From Chloroflexota bacterium (lineage in GTDB: Bacteria > Chloroflexota > Dehalococcoidia > Lucifugimonadales > Lucifugimonadaceae), in NCBI GenBank assembly GCA_002714425.1, contig PAXI01000005.1:100877-164876 (forward strand): a DNA stretch of 64,000 nucleotides, read 5' to 3'. Both the position numbers and the translations under genes were made by a program. How positions within the stretch are numbered: the stretch's first letter is position 1; the number at the start of each line of letters is the position of its first letter. The notes under the pieces were generated by a model. That model had not been told where the DNA came from and ran no database searches. It was given only the letters and a program-made list of their open reading frames with translations. Shown here one piece after another: positions 1 to 10,540 of this stretch.

Positions 1-1
1 A

Positions 2-1846
2 AGATTGATTAGAAGAGGAATGTTATTCGCTAAAAAAATAGATCTTTTAGAATCTCCGCTTTCTTCATTGGTTGACGTAATAAGTAGAGAGATGGGAGAA
101 TACTACCCAGAATTAGCTGATAATAAAAATTTTATTATTGATGTCATATCTAAAGAAGAAGAGAATTTTAGTAAAACTTTGTCTAATGGACAATCAGTGC
201 TAGATGGGATGATTAATTTTAGAAAAAAAAATAAAAAGAGAGAATCTTCAGATAATTTTTCTAATGGCTTAAAAATTGCAGCAAATGAATCTAAAAAATC
301 AAATACAAAAAACTTTGATAAATCACTAACAGGTAGAGAAGCTTTTATTCTTTATGATACTTATGGATACCCTGTCGAAATTACAATTGAAGTTGCAAAA
401 CAAAACAACTTAGATCTTGATATAAATAGTTTTTACAAAGAGCTTGAAAATCAGAAAAAAGTTTCAAAAGAAAATAGCGGCCAATTGAATAAAAGTCAAA
501 ATTTGGAAATCTTTAAAAATTTAGATATCCATAGCACCAAATTTGTTGGGTATGAAAAAACTAATCATAAGTCTAAAGTAATTAGTATCATTCATAATGA
601 TCAAATTGTAGAGTCGATTGAAAAAGAATCTAATGCTCAAATAATCGTTTCTGAAACTCCATTTTATGCTGAAAGAGGCGGACAAATTGGTGACAGTGGT
701 TATATGCATAATGATCAAGTAGATATCGTTATAAATGACACACAATACCCTTACGGCAATATATCTGTCCATTTTGCAAGTAGCATAAAAGGAAAATTAT
801 CTGTTGGAGATGAGATAAATTTGCAGGTTGATGTTACTAGGAGAGAAAAAATAAAAAGAAATCATACTGCAACCCACTTGGTTCAAGCAGCATTAAGAGA
901 AATTCTTGGCACACATGTGAAACAAGCAGGCTCTGTAGTTGAACCTGAAAAGTTAAGATTTGATTTTACACACTTAAAGCCACTTACTAATGAAGAATTA
1001 ATTGAAATTCAGAATAGAGTTAACGAAGCAATAAGAGAGAATCATAAAGTAAATGTAGATTCAACAACATACACAGAAGCTGTGGATGATGGTGCTTTAG
1101 CCTTTTTTGGAGATACATATGATACTGATGTTAGAACAATTAAGATTACACCTCCTTGGAGCTATGAATTATGTGGAGGAACTCATATGGATTATACAGG
1201 CGGTATAGGTAGTTTTATAATTACCTCAGAAACAGGTATTGGTTCTGGGATAAGAAGATTGGAAGCAATCACTGGTATTGCCTCTGAAAGGCTAATAATT
1301 GAAAAATTTAGTGCCATGAAAAAAGCAACTAATTTTCTTAAAGTTCCTGATAATGATCTTGTTGATAGGATTATTTCTCTGAGTACCAAATTAGCAAATA
1401 ATGATAAAAAAATCTTAAATTTAGAACAGCAATTACTTTTTGGATCCCTATCGAATGATAATGAAAACTATTCAGGAGATAAGAAAATTCAAATCAAGAA
1501 GAAAATCATAGATGTAATAATTAGAGAAGTCAACGCTTCAAATATACAATCTCTAAGACAAACTGGTGATCATTTCAGAGCCAAAAATGAAGATTCATTG
1601 ATTATTTTAGGTAGTAATATAGGCGACCAGTCTTATGTAGTTATTATGTGCTCCAATTTCTTAGCCGATAATAATTTTCATGCTGGAGAAATAGCAAAAC
1701 AAATTTCATTATTGATGGATGGAGGCGGCGGTGGTAATAATAAAGTTGCACAAGCAGGAGCAAAAAAATCTGTTGAGCTATCTAAAGTATTAAATAAATG
1801 TACTGAGATTATAAGTAATCAAATAAACAAGAGTAAAAAATCTTGA
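2..1846 (+). CDS. alaS: Alanine--tRNA ligase (5'-truncated by window edge)
   Basis: LYDTYGYP, TPFYAERGGQIGD, editing motifs HTATH and ELCGGTH, C-terminal GGGGG..AQAG; frame is open from position 2. Confidence 0.98.
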   Translation, partial: RLIRRGMLFAKKIDLLESPLSSLVDVISREMGEYYPELADNKNFIIDVISKEEENFSKTLSNGQSVLDGMINFRKKNKKRESSDNFSNGLKIAANESKKSNTKNFDKSLTGREAFILYDTYGYPVEITIEVAKQNNLDLDINSFYKELENQKKVSKENSGQLNKSQNLEIFKNLDIHSTKFVGYEKTNHKSKVISIIHNDQIVESIEKESNAQIIVSETPFYAERGGQIGDSGYMHNDQVDIVINDTQYPYGNISVHFASSIKGKLSVGDEINLQVDVTRREKIKRNHTATHLVQAALREILGTHVKQAGSVVEPEKLRFDFTHLKPLTNEELIEIQNRVNEAIRENHKVNVDSTTYTEAVDDGALAFFGDTYDTDVRTIKITPPWSYELCGGTHMDYTGGIGSFIITSETGIGSGIRRLEAITGIASERLIIEKFSAMKKATNFLKVPDNDLVDRIISLSTKLANNDKKILNLEQQLLFGSLSNDNENYSGDKKIQIKKKIIDVIIREVNASNIQSLRQTGDHFRAKNEDSLIILGSNIGDQSYVVIMCSNFLADNNFHAGEIAKQISLLMDGGGGGNNKVAQAGAKKSVELSKVLNKCTEIISNQINKSKKS

Positions 1847-2289
1847 GTATAGAAAAAAATAATCGAATTCTAGGGATAGATTATGGTGAGAAACGCTTAG
1901 GGATAGCAATCAGTGATGATACAAATACAATAGCCTCTCCTTTAAAATATATAGAAAACAATAAAGAAATTCTTAGCAAACTTAATAACTTAATAATAAA
2001 ATATAATATAAAAACTTTGGTCGTCGGTTTACCAATTAATCTCGATGGATCCCATAGCAAATCATCCAAAAAGGTTCTAAAATTTTGCAAGTATGTAAAT
2101 AAAGAATTAGATATTATTGTTCATACTATAGATGAAAGACTATCTAGTGTAGAAGCTGAAAATAAATTGAGAGAATCTGGAAGGTCACCAAATATGTTTA
2201 GAAATCTTGATAGGGGCATCATAGATTCTGCGTCTGCAGCAATAATTTTAGATTCATTCATGCAAAAAAAAGGAAATCAAATTATATGA
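1843..2289 (+). CDS. ruvX: Holliday junction resolvase-like / pre-16S rRNA nuclease RuvX (YqgF)
   Basis: ILGIDYGEKRLGIAISD, VVGLP, DERLSS, IDSASAAIIL; usual position after alaS; TTG start overlapping the alaS stop. Confidence 0.95.
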   Translation: MSIEKNNRILGIDYGEKRLGIAISDDTNTIASPLKYIENNKEILSKLNNLIIKYNIKTLVVGLPINLDGSHSKSSKKVLKFCKYVNKELDIIVHTIDERLSSVEAENKLRESGRSPNMFRNLDRGIIDSASAAIILDSFMQKKGNQII

Positions 2290-3125
2290 GAAATAATATT
2301 GGAGTGATAGGACATCCAATAAATCATAGTCTGTCTCCAGTTTTCCAGCAAGCTGCTTTAGATTATTTAGACAATAAAAATATTTTTGAAAAGTGGGATG
2401 TTCATCCTGAAAAATTAGAAGAAAAAATCAACTCTTTTAGAAAAGAATCTTTTATTGCTTCATGTGTCACATTACCTCATAAACAGAATGTTATCGCTTT
2501 AATTGACGATGTATCTGATTCGGCTAAAGCTATAGGAGCGGTTAATTGGATATACAACAAAAATAATAAACTTCTAGGAGACAATACAGATTCCTCAGGT
2601 TTTATTAGATCATTAACAGAAAAATATAAATTCTTACCTAAGGATAAAACTGCACTAGTTTTTGGTGCAGGTGGAGCCTCTAGGGCAATTATTTATGGGT
2701 TAATAAAATCTAGAGTAAAAAAAATTATACTATGTAATAGAAATTATGACAAAGCTCATATTGTCTCAAGAGAATTATCTACTAGTAAAGTAAAGATAGA
2801 ACCAATTTTATACAATAGAGACTCATTAGCTAATTATGCTCCCTATACAGACATCATAATAAATACAACATCTTTAGGGATGGCAGGGGGCCCTGCGCCT
2901 ATGACTTCTCCAATTACATCTGAATTAATTTCATCTAAAACCTTCGGTTATGACATAGTATACTCGCCTCTAATAACCCCCTTCATAAAGGAATTTGAAA
3001 AGTCAGGTGCAGAATATGGGACAGGGCTTAGTATGCTTTTGTATCAAGGAGTAGAAGGATTAGAAAAAGCACTAAATATAAAAGCTCCAATTAATGTTAT
3101 GCAAAAAGCATTAGATGCTTTATGA
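2286..3125 (+). CDS. aroE: Shikimate dehydrogenase
   Basis: GHPINHSLSP, VTLPHK, GAVN, NTD, GAGGA, NTTSLGM, DIVYSP. Confidence 0.96.
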   Translation: MRNNIGVIGHPINHSLSPVFQQAALDYLDNKNIFEKWDVHPEKLEEKINSFRKESFIASCVTLPHKQNVIALIDDVSDSAKAIGAVNWIYNKNNKLLGDNTDSSGFIRSLTEKYKFLPKDKTALVFGAGGASRAIIYGLIKSRVKKIILCNRNYDKAHIVSRELSTSKVKIEPILYNRDSLANYAPYTDIIINTTSLGMAGGPAPMTSPITSELISSKTFGYDIVYSPLITPFIKEFEKSGAEYGTGLSMLLYQGVEGLEKALNIKAPINVMQKALDAL

Positions 3126-3146
3126 TAGTAATGTAGGTGATTAATT

Positions 3147-4328
3147 ATGTCAAAACTTAGATATTTAACTTCAGGTGAATCTCATGGGCAAGGCTTAACA
3201 GTTATTGTTGAGGGCATGCCTGCTGATCTTGAAATTTCTGAAAATTATATTGAACATCAGATGACAAGGAGGCAAAAGGGGTATGGGTCGGGAGGAAGAA
3301 TGAAAATTGAAAAAGATAAAGCTTTAATTAAATCTGGTGTACGCCATGGAAAAACACTAGGATCTCCTATAGCTTTATGGATAGAAAACAAGGACTTTGA
3401 AAACTGGAATGAAGCAATGTCCATAGAAGAAGTACCCGTTGATGTTGACAAAAAAGTTTTCACTAAGGTAGTTCCAGGTCATGCTGACTTTCCTGGAGCT
3501 CTTAAGTACAATCAAACTGACCTTAGGAATATTTTAGAGAGAGCAAGCGCTAGAGAAACTGCTTCAAGAGTAGCTGCTGGTTCAATCGCTAGGAAATTCT
3601 TAGAATTCTTTGGCGTATCTATTCATTCAAGAGTAATTTCTATTGGTTCAAAAAGTTCTCAAAATCTAAATTATGAAAAAATAGACTGGGAGTTTATTGA
3701 AAACTCGGAAGTTCGTGCAAATGATCTTGACTCTGAAGCAAAATTTAAAAAAGAAATAGACTTAGCGAAGTCTCAAAGAACAACCGTTGGAGGAATTTTT
3801 CAAATAATTACATACGGTGTACCTGTTGGTCTAGGAAGCCATGTCCACTGGGACAGAAAATTAGACGGGCAAATAGGACAATCTATTCTTAGTATAAATG
3901 CCGTAAAGGGTGTCGAGATTGGAAATGGGTTTGAAAATACTACAAAAAAAGGTAAGGAAGTTCATGATGTTATCATACCTGATAAAAATAACATCAAAAA
4001 CTTCAAGCATATTTCTAATCACGCTGGAGGAATTGAGGGTGGCATGACTAATGGAGAACCCATAATTGTAAATGTGGCAATCAAACCTATAGCCACTATG
4101 ACAAAGCCACTCCCTTCAGTTGATATAAATACTGGTGAAATAGTTGAAGCTACCTATAATAGAAGCGATATTTGTCAAGTTTCTCGTGCATGTCCAATAG
4201 GAGAATCAATGATTGCACTAACGCTAGCTAATTCTTTTTTGGAAAAATTTGGTGGTGACTCAATGTTAGAAATTCAAACAAATTATACAAGTTTTATAAA
4301 AACACATAAAAAATTTGGAAGTAAGTAG
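3147..4328 (+). CDS. aroC: Chorismate synthase
   Basis: TSGESHG, PGHAD, ERASARETASRVAAG, AGGIEGGMTNG, RSD. Confidence 0.98.
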   Translation: MSKLRYLTSGESHGQGLTVIVEGMPADLEISENYIEHQMTRRQKGYGSGGRMKIEKDKALIKSGVRHGKTLGSPIALWIENKDFENWNEAMSIEEVPVDVDKKVFTKVVPGHADFPGALKYNQTDLRNILERASARETASRVAAGSIARKFLEFFGVSIHSRVISIGSKSSQNLNYEKIDWEFIENSEVRANDLDSEAKFKKEIDLAKSQRTTVGGIFQIITYGVPVGLGSHVHWDRKLDGQIGQSILSINAVKGVEIGNGFENTTKKGKEVHDVIIPDKNNIKNFKHISNHAGGIEGGMTNGEPIIVNVAIKPIATMTKPLPSVDINTGEIVEATYNRSDICQVSRACPIGESMIALTLANSFLEKFGGDSMLEIQTNYTSFIKTHKKFGSK

Positions 4329-4870
4329 TGAGTTCTCAAAAAAATAATATTGTTTTTTTGATTGGATTACCTGGTTCTGGAAAAACTCATATTGGTAATT
4401 TGCTTTCTGAAAGTATGTCTTGGAATTTTATCGATATGGATGATCATATAGAAAAATATACAAAAAATACAATTAGTAATATTTTTAAAAATTTTGGGGA
4501 AGCCTATTTTAGAAAAATTGAATTTGAAGCCTTGCAAAACCTAAAAAGTTTAAAAAATACTATAATATCTACTGGTGGGGGATGCGTATTAAGCGATAAA
4601 AATAAATCTATTATCAAAAATTCAGGCATAGTAGTTTGGTTAAAAGCTGAGCCTGAAACATTACATGATCGTTTGAATAATCTAAATAATAAAAATATAA
4701 GACCTCTTTTAGGTAAAAATGTAACCCTTGATAAAATTTTTGATTTATCAGAGGAAAGAAAAAATCATTATTCTATTGCTGACTTGACTATAACCACCGA
4801 CAATAAAACTACCAAAGCTGTAAAAGATGAAATCATAAATTTTTTAAGGAGTAAAAATATTGAGTACTAG
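4328..4870 (+). CDS. aroK: Shikimate kinase
   Basis: Walker A GLPGSGKT, GEAYFR, STGGG, RPLL; GTG start. Confidence 0.96.
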   Translation: MSSQKNNIVFLIGLPGSGKTHIGNLLSESMSWNFIDMDDHIEKYTKNTISNIFKNFGEAYFRKIEFEALQNLKSLKNTIISTGGGCVLSDKNKSIIKNSGIVVWLKAEPETLHDRLNNLNNKNIRPLLGKNVTLDKIFDLSEERKNHYSIADLTITTDNKTTKAVKDEIINFLRSKNIEY

Positions 4871-5957
4871 AAATATAAAAGTAAGTACAAAAAATGAGTC
4901 CTATAATGTAATAATTGGCCTAAATATGATTTCAGAGCTAGGAGATGAAATAAAAAAATTAGGTTTACCAGGTAAAGCTTTCATTGTTATAGATAAAGCG
5001 TTATTTCCTGATCCTGCTCGTGAAATTCAAGAATCATTAGAAAAAAATAATTATGAAACTAAACTATTAAATATCGAAATAGATGAATCCAAAAAGAATA
5101 TTGACACTGTTAACGTAATATATGAATGGCTAGAATCTTCAAAAATGGAAAGGAGCGACTTTATTATTTCAGTTGGAGGCGGAGTAACTGGTGATTTAGT
5201 TGGTTTTGTAGCATCAACTTGGGTTAGAGGTGTCAATTTAATACATGTCCCATCAACTCTTATTGCTATGGTAGACTCCTCTATAGGTGGGAAAACTGGA
5301 TATAATACAAAAAACGGAAAAAATTTAGTTGGGGCATTTTACCAACCAAAACTTGTTTTTCAAGATATAAATTTTCTCAAAACATTACCCGAAAGAGAAA
5401 TTAGTGCTGGATGGGCTGAACTCTTAAAGCATAGCCTCATTTATGACAAAAAATTATTTGATCATTTTTATCAAAATCATACTGATATTAAAAACTTAAA
5501 TAATCTTAATTCAATAGAAGCTATCTCAAAAAGTGTTGAAATAAAAGCAAAAATTGTTTCAGAGGATATAAATGAAAAAGATCAAAAGAGAATTTTACTT
5601 AATTACGGCCATACAACAGGTCATGCTCTGGAATCAATAACAAATTACAAAAAGTTTTTACATGGTGAAGCAGTGTCATTGGGAATGATGGTAGCAGGCA
5701 ATATTTCATTCTTAATGGGGCTTTTGAGTTACGATAATCTACAAATGCAAAAAAATATACTAGAAAAATATTTTCTTCCGACTTCAATCAGTGAGGAATT
5801 AAATATCAATACTATTATAGACCTAACTAAGAATGATAAAAAAAGTAAGTCTGGAAAAATTAACTGGATTTTATTAGAGGATATAGGTAAACCTGTAATT
5901 AGAAATGATGTACCTGAAGAGATAATAATTAGGTCCCTTAAAAGTATATTTGTATAG
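4860..5957 (+). CDS. aroB: 3-dehydroquinate synthase
   Basis: GGGVTGDLVGF, DSSIGGKTG, KNLVGAFYQP, LNYGHTTGHALE, HGEAV, DKK. Confidence 0.98.
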   Translation: MSTRNIKVSTKNESYNVIIGLNMISELGDEIKKLGLPGKAFIVIDKALFPDPAREIQESLEKNNYETKLLNIEIDESKKNIDTVNVIYEWLESSKMERSDFIISVGGGVTGDLVGFVASTWVRGVNLIHVPSTLIAMVDSSIGGKTGYNTKNGKNLVGAFYQPKLVFQDINFLKTLPEREISAGWAELLKHSLIYDKKLFDHFYQNHTDIKNLNNLNSIEAISKSVEIKAKIVSEDINEKDQKRILLNYGHTTGHALESITNYKKFLHGEAVSLGMMVAGNISFLMGLLSYDNLQMQKNILEKYFLPTSISEELNINTIIDLTKNDKKSKSGKINWILLEDIGKPVIRNDVPEEIIIRSLKSIFV

Positions 5958-5958
5958 T

Positions 5959-6234
5959 TTATCCACCAGCTACGGCTGGGACTATCGTGATTTCATCGTT
6001 GCTTGAAAGTTTAGTACCTAAGCCTTCCAAATATTTTACGTCCTCGCCATTAACATAAATATTTACAAAGCCAAAAATATCCCCCTTAGAATCAATTAAT
6101 CTATCATAAATACCTGAATAGGATTTATCCATATTTATTATAAGATCTTTAATATTTTCGCCATTAGCTACAACAGTGGATTCACCATTAGTAAATTCTC
6201 TAAGCGGGGTTGGTATTTTAATTTTTATACTCAT
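5959..6234 (-). CDS. MoaD/ThiS/CysO-family ubiquitin-like sulfur carrier protein
   Basis: 91 aa, IPTPLR, VNIYVNGEDV, C-terminal PAVAGG. Confidence 0.92.
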   Translation of the reverse strand: MSIKIKIPTPLREFTNGESTVVANGENIKDLIINMDKSYSGIYDRLIDSKGDIFGFVNIYVNGEDVKYLEGLGTKLSSNDEITIVPAVAGG

Positions 6235-6266
6235 ATATTATCTTTCGTATCTATGGTAACAAAAAT

Positions 6267-7157
6267 TTATACTAAACCTACAATAATAATAGTGCCAAAA
6301 AATATCAAAATGATTCCTATAACTCTCATTTTTTCTAATTTTTCTCTAAGAAAAAACCAACCAAACATTGCACCAATTACTACTCCTATCTCTCTCATTG
6401 GAGCGATAAGACTAACTTGAGATATCTGCAAAGCACTTAAGATCAACACGTAAGATAAAAATGAAAATAGTGCTCCTAATAAATTTCTCAAAAAGTTTTC
6501 TCTTAAGATTTTCTTAATCGAAACATGACTGTAATTATATTTATAAACTCCTATACCTGCAACTACACTACCTAAACACATTGAAGACATATAAAATAAT
6601 GGATCTACATATTGGACACCTTGTTTATCCCAAACTGAGTAAGCAGATACGGTTAAACCAGTAAGAAGAGAGTATACAAATGCCCTGGACTTCAGAAATT
6701 GTCTCCCCTGAATAGACTGAAAAACTAAAAAAATATTACTTTTTTTATTACCTCCAACTAATAAGACTCCTACAAATATCGAAAAAATAGATATCAATCC
6801 CAAAAAGTTAATCTCTTCATTTAAAATTGTTACACCCAATATAGGAATTAATCCTATACCAAGTCCTCTAGCTATAGGGTATACGAATGACAATTCTCCG
6901 TGTTTGTATGATTTACCTAGAAAGATAAAATACAAAATATGAATAATTGAAGTTCCAATTATAAAAATCCAGCCTATTAAATCTGGTATTTCTGATATTA
7001 GAAAATATACAAAAATAATTGGTAAAGAAATAAACCCTCTAAATATATGGATTACTGAATTGGATAACTCAGGATCCTTAGAACCACGAATAAAAAAATT
7101 CCATGATGCGTGAAGAAGAGCAGAGAATAAAACTAAAATTATTGCTAAAGAGTTCAA
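6267..7157 (-). CDS. EamA/DMT family transporter
   Basis: About 10 hydrophobic segments, HASWN, GELSFVYPIARG, APMRE. Confidence 0.9.
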   Translation of the reverse strand: MNSLAIILVLFSALLHASWNFFIRGSKDPELSNSVIHIFRGFISLPIIFVYFLISEIPDLIGWIFIIGTSIIHILYFIFLGKSYKHGELSFVYPIARGLGIGLIPILGVTILNEEINFLGLISIFSIFVGVLLVGGNKKSNIFLVFQSIQGRQFLKSRAFVYSLLTGLTVSAYSVWDKQGVQYVDPLFYMSSMCLGSVVAGIGVYKYNYSHVSIKKILRENFLRNLLGALFSFLSYVLILSALQISQVSLIAPMREIGVVIGAMFGWFFLREKLEKMRVIGIILIFFGTIIIVGLV

Positions 7158-7166
7158 TCTACAACT

Positions 7167-8345
7167 TTAACTTGCTAGATTAAATTTATGTACTGTGTGC
7201 TTATTTATCCAATCCCAATCAAGTTCAACACCAATTCCATGCCCATCAGGAGCAAAAACATTTCCATTTTTATCTACTGCATTTAGTTCATCACTATAAT
7301 CTTTATATATTTTTGACCATATATTAAAATTACTTAACTTTGGATGAACTAAGCCCAGTTCATAAAAATTAGTATTTTTTATTGAAGACATTATATGCCT
7401 ATGTACAGGTCCAGGCCCATGAAGTTCTACATCAAGACCAAAACCCTCTGTTGCATGAGCTATTTTCATAGTTCCAGTTATCCCTCCATCTTGATAAGCA
7501 CCCGCCCTGACATAATCCGTAGATTCGGACAAAATGAAATCTACATGCTGTTCTAAAAATCTTATATGTTCCGTTTGAAGTATTGGAGTATTAATCATTT
7601 GACGTAATTTTCTGTGAGCAAATTGCGAAACACCTCCATCTGCATATGGATCTTCAAGCCAGAAAAATTTAGCTTCATCACAAGCCCTTCCGATTCTTAA
7701 AGCATCTCCAAAATTTTTTATTTCACAAGCTGGATCAATCAGAAGATCAAGTTTGTTCTCAAAATTCTTTCCCAGCATTAACACATTTGTAATTTCTCTA
7801 TTTATATCGTTTCTAGCAAGCCCCCAACCGTGAACCTTAAATGCTTTGTAACCCAACTCCAAACACTCTTGTGCAAAATCACTAAAGTCTTCAGGAGTTG
7901 CCAATCCACCATTTTCATCCCCATGAAGAGTTGACGCATATGCTTTCAAAGGTATTTTTTCTCCTCCAAGAAGCCTATAAATAGGTTCTTCATAAAGTTT
8001 TCCTGCTATATCCCATAGACAAATATCAACATAACTATTAGCAGCATTTAATGATTGTCTCATACCTCTCTTAATATCCTTGTAAATTTCTTCTCTGGAT
8101 AATGGATTTTTTCCTATTAAGTAGTTTGATACGGATTGAATCTCAGCCACATCTACCCCAGCATTCATAGGATATTCTCCTACAATACCTTGGTCAGTAT
8201 GCACCTGAAGTATAGCTGCTTTTTGTTTCTTTTTTGAGCCAGGATCATATACTTGATTAAAAGTATTATAGTCTGTACCAAGATTTAATGATTCCCATTC
8301 AAAAATAACGACTGAAATTTTATTTATTTTTGGATATTTTTTCAT
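7167..8345 (-). CDS. Mandelate racemase/muconate lactonizing enzyme (enolase superfamily), probable acid-sugar dehydratase or racemase
   Basis: DICLWDIAGK..PIYRLLGG, AYAS, metal-ligand motifs LLID, WLEDP and QTEH, GGITG, GIGVELD. Confidence 0.92.
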   Translation of the reverse strand: MKKYPKINKISVVIFEWESLNLGTDYNTFNQVYDPGSKKKQKAAILQVHTDQGIVGEYPMNAGVDVAEIQSVSNYLIGKNPLSREEIYKDIKRGMRQSLNAANSYVDICLWDIAGKLYEEPIYRLLGGEKIPLKAYASTLHGDENGGLATPEDFSDFAQECLELGYKAFKVHGWGLARNDINREITNVLMLGKNFENKLDLLIDPACEIKNFGDALRIGRACDEAKFFWLEDPYADGGVSQFAHRKLRQMINTPILQTEHIRFLEQHVDFILSESTDYVRAGAYQDGGITGTMKIAHATEGFGLDVELHGPGPVHRHIMSSIKNTNFYELGLVHPKLSNFNIWSKIYKDYSDELNAVDKNGNVFAPDGHGIGVELDWDWINKHTVHKFNLAS

Positions 8346-8446
8346 TGCTTTCCTACTTCGACTGAAATGTAAATTACGTATATACTACATCAATATAACA
8401 AAAAAATAAAACTAAAATTACTATTTATAGTATTTATGGAGAGAAA

Positions 8447-9535
8447 ATGAATTATCAAGAAGAAAGATCATCTGATTGTAGAATATCTGACGCTTGGACT
8501 TATAAAGGTCTAAAGACTGTCATTCTAGAAAATAATTTGATACAAGTTATTGTTTTGGCTGATAAAGGCGCCGATATATATAGTTTTATAGATAAAGAAA
8601 CTGACACAGATGTTCTTTGGAAAACTCCATGGGGAGTAAGAGACCCTAAAAAAACTGTCCCTCCAACTGGCGACCCTGCCTCTGTTTGGTTAGATTTTTA
8701 CGAAGGAGGATGGCAAACAGTTTTACCGAATGGTGGATATCCTGGCAATGTAAATGGTGCAGACTTAGGGCTTCATTCAGATGTCAATAATATTCCATGG
8801 GAGTGTTCAATTTTAGTTGACTCTCCAGAAAAAGTATCAGTAATTTTTTCTGCAAAAAGTATAAGGTATCCGTTAAATATTGAAAGAAAACTAACATTAA
8901 ATAATCATTCAAAAATTCTAGAAATAGAACAAACTATTCATAATGATGGTGAAGAAACCATAGATGTGGTTTGGTTAGAACATATAGCTTTAGGGGAACC
9001 AATCATTTCTGAAAATTCAACCCTTTATTTACCAGAGAAATCAACGATACTTACACATCCAGATGATGTTGAAGCAAGTTCCAAATTAAATCCTGACTTC
9101 AAAGGTCCTTGGCCTTATGCTGAACTAAAAAATGGAAATAAAATTGATTTCAGAAAAATACCACCTAAAAAAGACAGATCCCTAGACATGGCTTATATAT
9201 CCGAAATGGATAAAGGTTGGTATGCAATAAGAAATAATAAAAATAATTTAGGATGGGTTGTAAGTTACCCTGAGGAAATATTTAAGTATTTATGGTACTG
9301 GAGAAATTTTGGAGGTGGGTACGGTTATCCTTTTTATGGAAGAAGTTATAATGCCGGATTAGAACCTTGCACTAGTTACAATAATAACGGCTTAGAAGAA
9401 TCAATAAAAAATGGAACATCTTTAAAATTAGAACCTAAAGAAACAATAAAAGCCAAAATCAATGCTGGTATATTCTCGGGTAGTGGTAAAATTATTGATG
9501 TTGATGAAAATTGTAATATTATATTTGAGGACTAA
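8447..9535 (+). CDS. Aldose 1-epimerase (galactose mutarotase)-like protein, DUF4432-type
   Basis: LENNLIQVIVLADKGADI, YEGGWQ, LWYW, GLEPCTS; GGAG SD upstream. Confidence 0.75.
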   Translation: MNYQEERSSDCRISDAWTYKGLKTVILENNLIQVIVLADKGADIYSFIDKETDTDVLWKTPWGVRDPKKTVPPTGDPASVWLDFYEGGWQTVLPNGGYPGNVNGADLGLHSDVNNIPWECSILVDSPEKVSVIFSAKSIRYPLNIERKLTLNNHSKILEIEQTIHNDGEETIDVVWLEHIALGEPIISENSTLYLPEKSTILTHPDDVEASSKLNPDFKGPWPYAELKNGNKIDFRKIPPKKDRSLDMAYISEMDKGWYAIRNNKNNLGWVVSYPEEIFKYLWYWRNFGGGYGYPFYGRSYNAGLEPCTSYNNNGLEESIKNGTSLKLEPKETIKAKINAGIFSGSGKIIDVDENCNIIFED

Positions 9536-9538
9536 ATA

Positions 9539-10540
9539 ATGAGAAAAAGAAAATTCGGTAATAGTGATCTCGAAACCTCTGTCATAGGTTACGGTGGTTG
9601 GCCAATGGGAAGAGGCCAATATGGTCCCTTTGATGACGATGAGTCTATAAAATCGGCTAGAACATCTTATGAAAATGGTATTACATTATTTGATACTGCG
9701 GCAATTTATGGTTGGGGTTATGGCGAGAAACTTATGGGTAAAGCTATAAAAGATTTTAGAAAAAATATAGTTTTAGTTACCAAAGGAGCGAGAGAATGGG
9801 ATAGAAATAATCCGGATAGAAATACTGCTACAATTGCAGATTCTGACCCAATAAAACTAACTAAATCAATTGATGAAAGCCTAAAAAGATTGCAAACAGA
9901 CTACATAGATTTATTTTTAATACATTGGCCTGATAAAACTAGACCGTTTTCAGTTCCTATGGAAGTTCTTGAAAAAGCAAAAAACGATGGTAAAGTAAGA
10001 TATTCGGGCGTTTCAAATTTTTCTGTTTCTATGATGGAAGAATCTCTTCAATCGAGCGATATAGTAACAAATCAAATTGGATATCATATTTTTGACAGAA
10101 GACCAGAAAAAGAAGTGATGCCTTATATAAAAAAGAAAAATATGGGAGTTATGGCTTATGGATCTTTGGCTCACGGATTATTAACAGGTAAGTGGAATAC
10201 TTCCAAAACATTTACTAATGATGACTGGAGACAGAATACTACTAATTTTGGCTTACATTCATGGAGTAAAGAAAATTTGAAGAGTAATTTAGAGGTTGCA
10301 AAGAAAATCCAGAATTTAGGAAAAGAATTTAATAAATCAATTACTCAGTTAGCTATATCTTGGGTTTTGGCAAATGAAACGGTAAGCGTTGCTTTGGCTG
10401 GTTCTACAAAACCTGAAAATAGCATAGAAAACTTAGGTGGAGATTGGGATATGCCAGATGACCTAAAAAATGAAATTGATAAACTTGTGCTTAATGTGGG
10501 ATCAGGTGTAGGAAAATCTGGAATGGAGATAGCTACCTAA
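9539..10540 (+). CDS. Aldo/keto reductase
   Basis: FDTAAIYG, VTK, SLKRLQTDYIDLFLIHWPD, GVSNFS. Confidence 0.95.
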   Translation: MRKRKFGNSDLETSVIGYGGWPMGRGQYGPFDDDESIKSARTSYENGITLFDTAAIYGWGYGEKLMGKAIKDFRKNIVLVTKGAREWDRNNPDRNTATIADSDPIKLTKSIDESLKRLQTDYIDLFLIHWPDKTRPFSVPMEVLEKAKNDGKVRYSGVSNFSVSMMEESLQSSDIVTNQIGYHIFDRRPEKEVMPYIKKKNMGVMAYGSLAHGLLTGKWNTSKTFTNDDWRQNTTNFGLHSWSKENLKSNLEVAKKIQNLGKEFNKSITQLAISWVLANETVSVALAGSTKPENSIENLGGDWDMPDDLKNEIDKLVLNVGSGVGKSGMEIAT

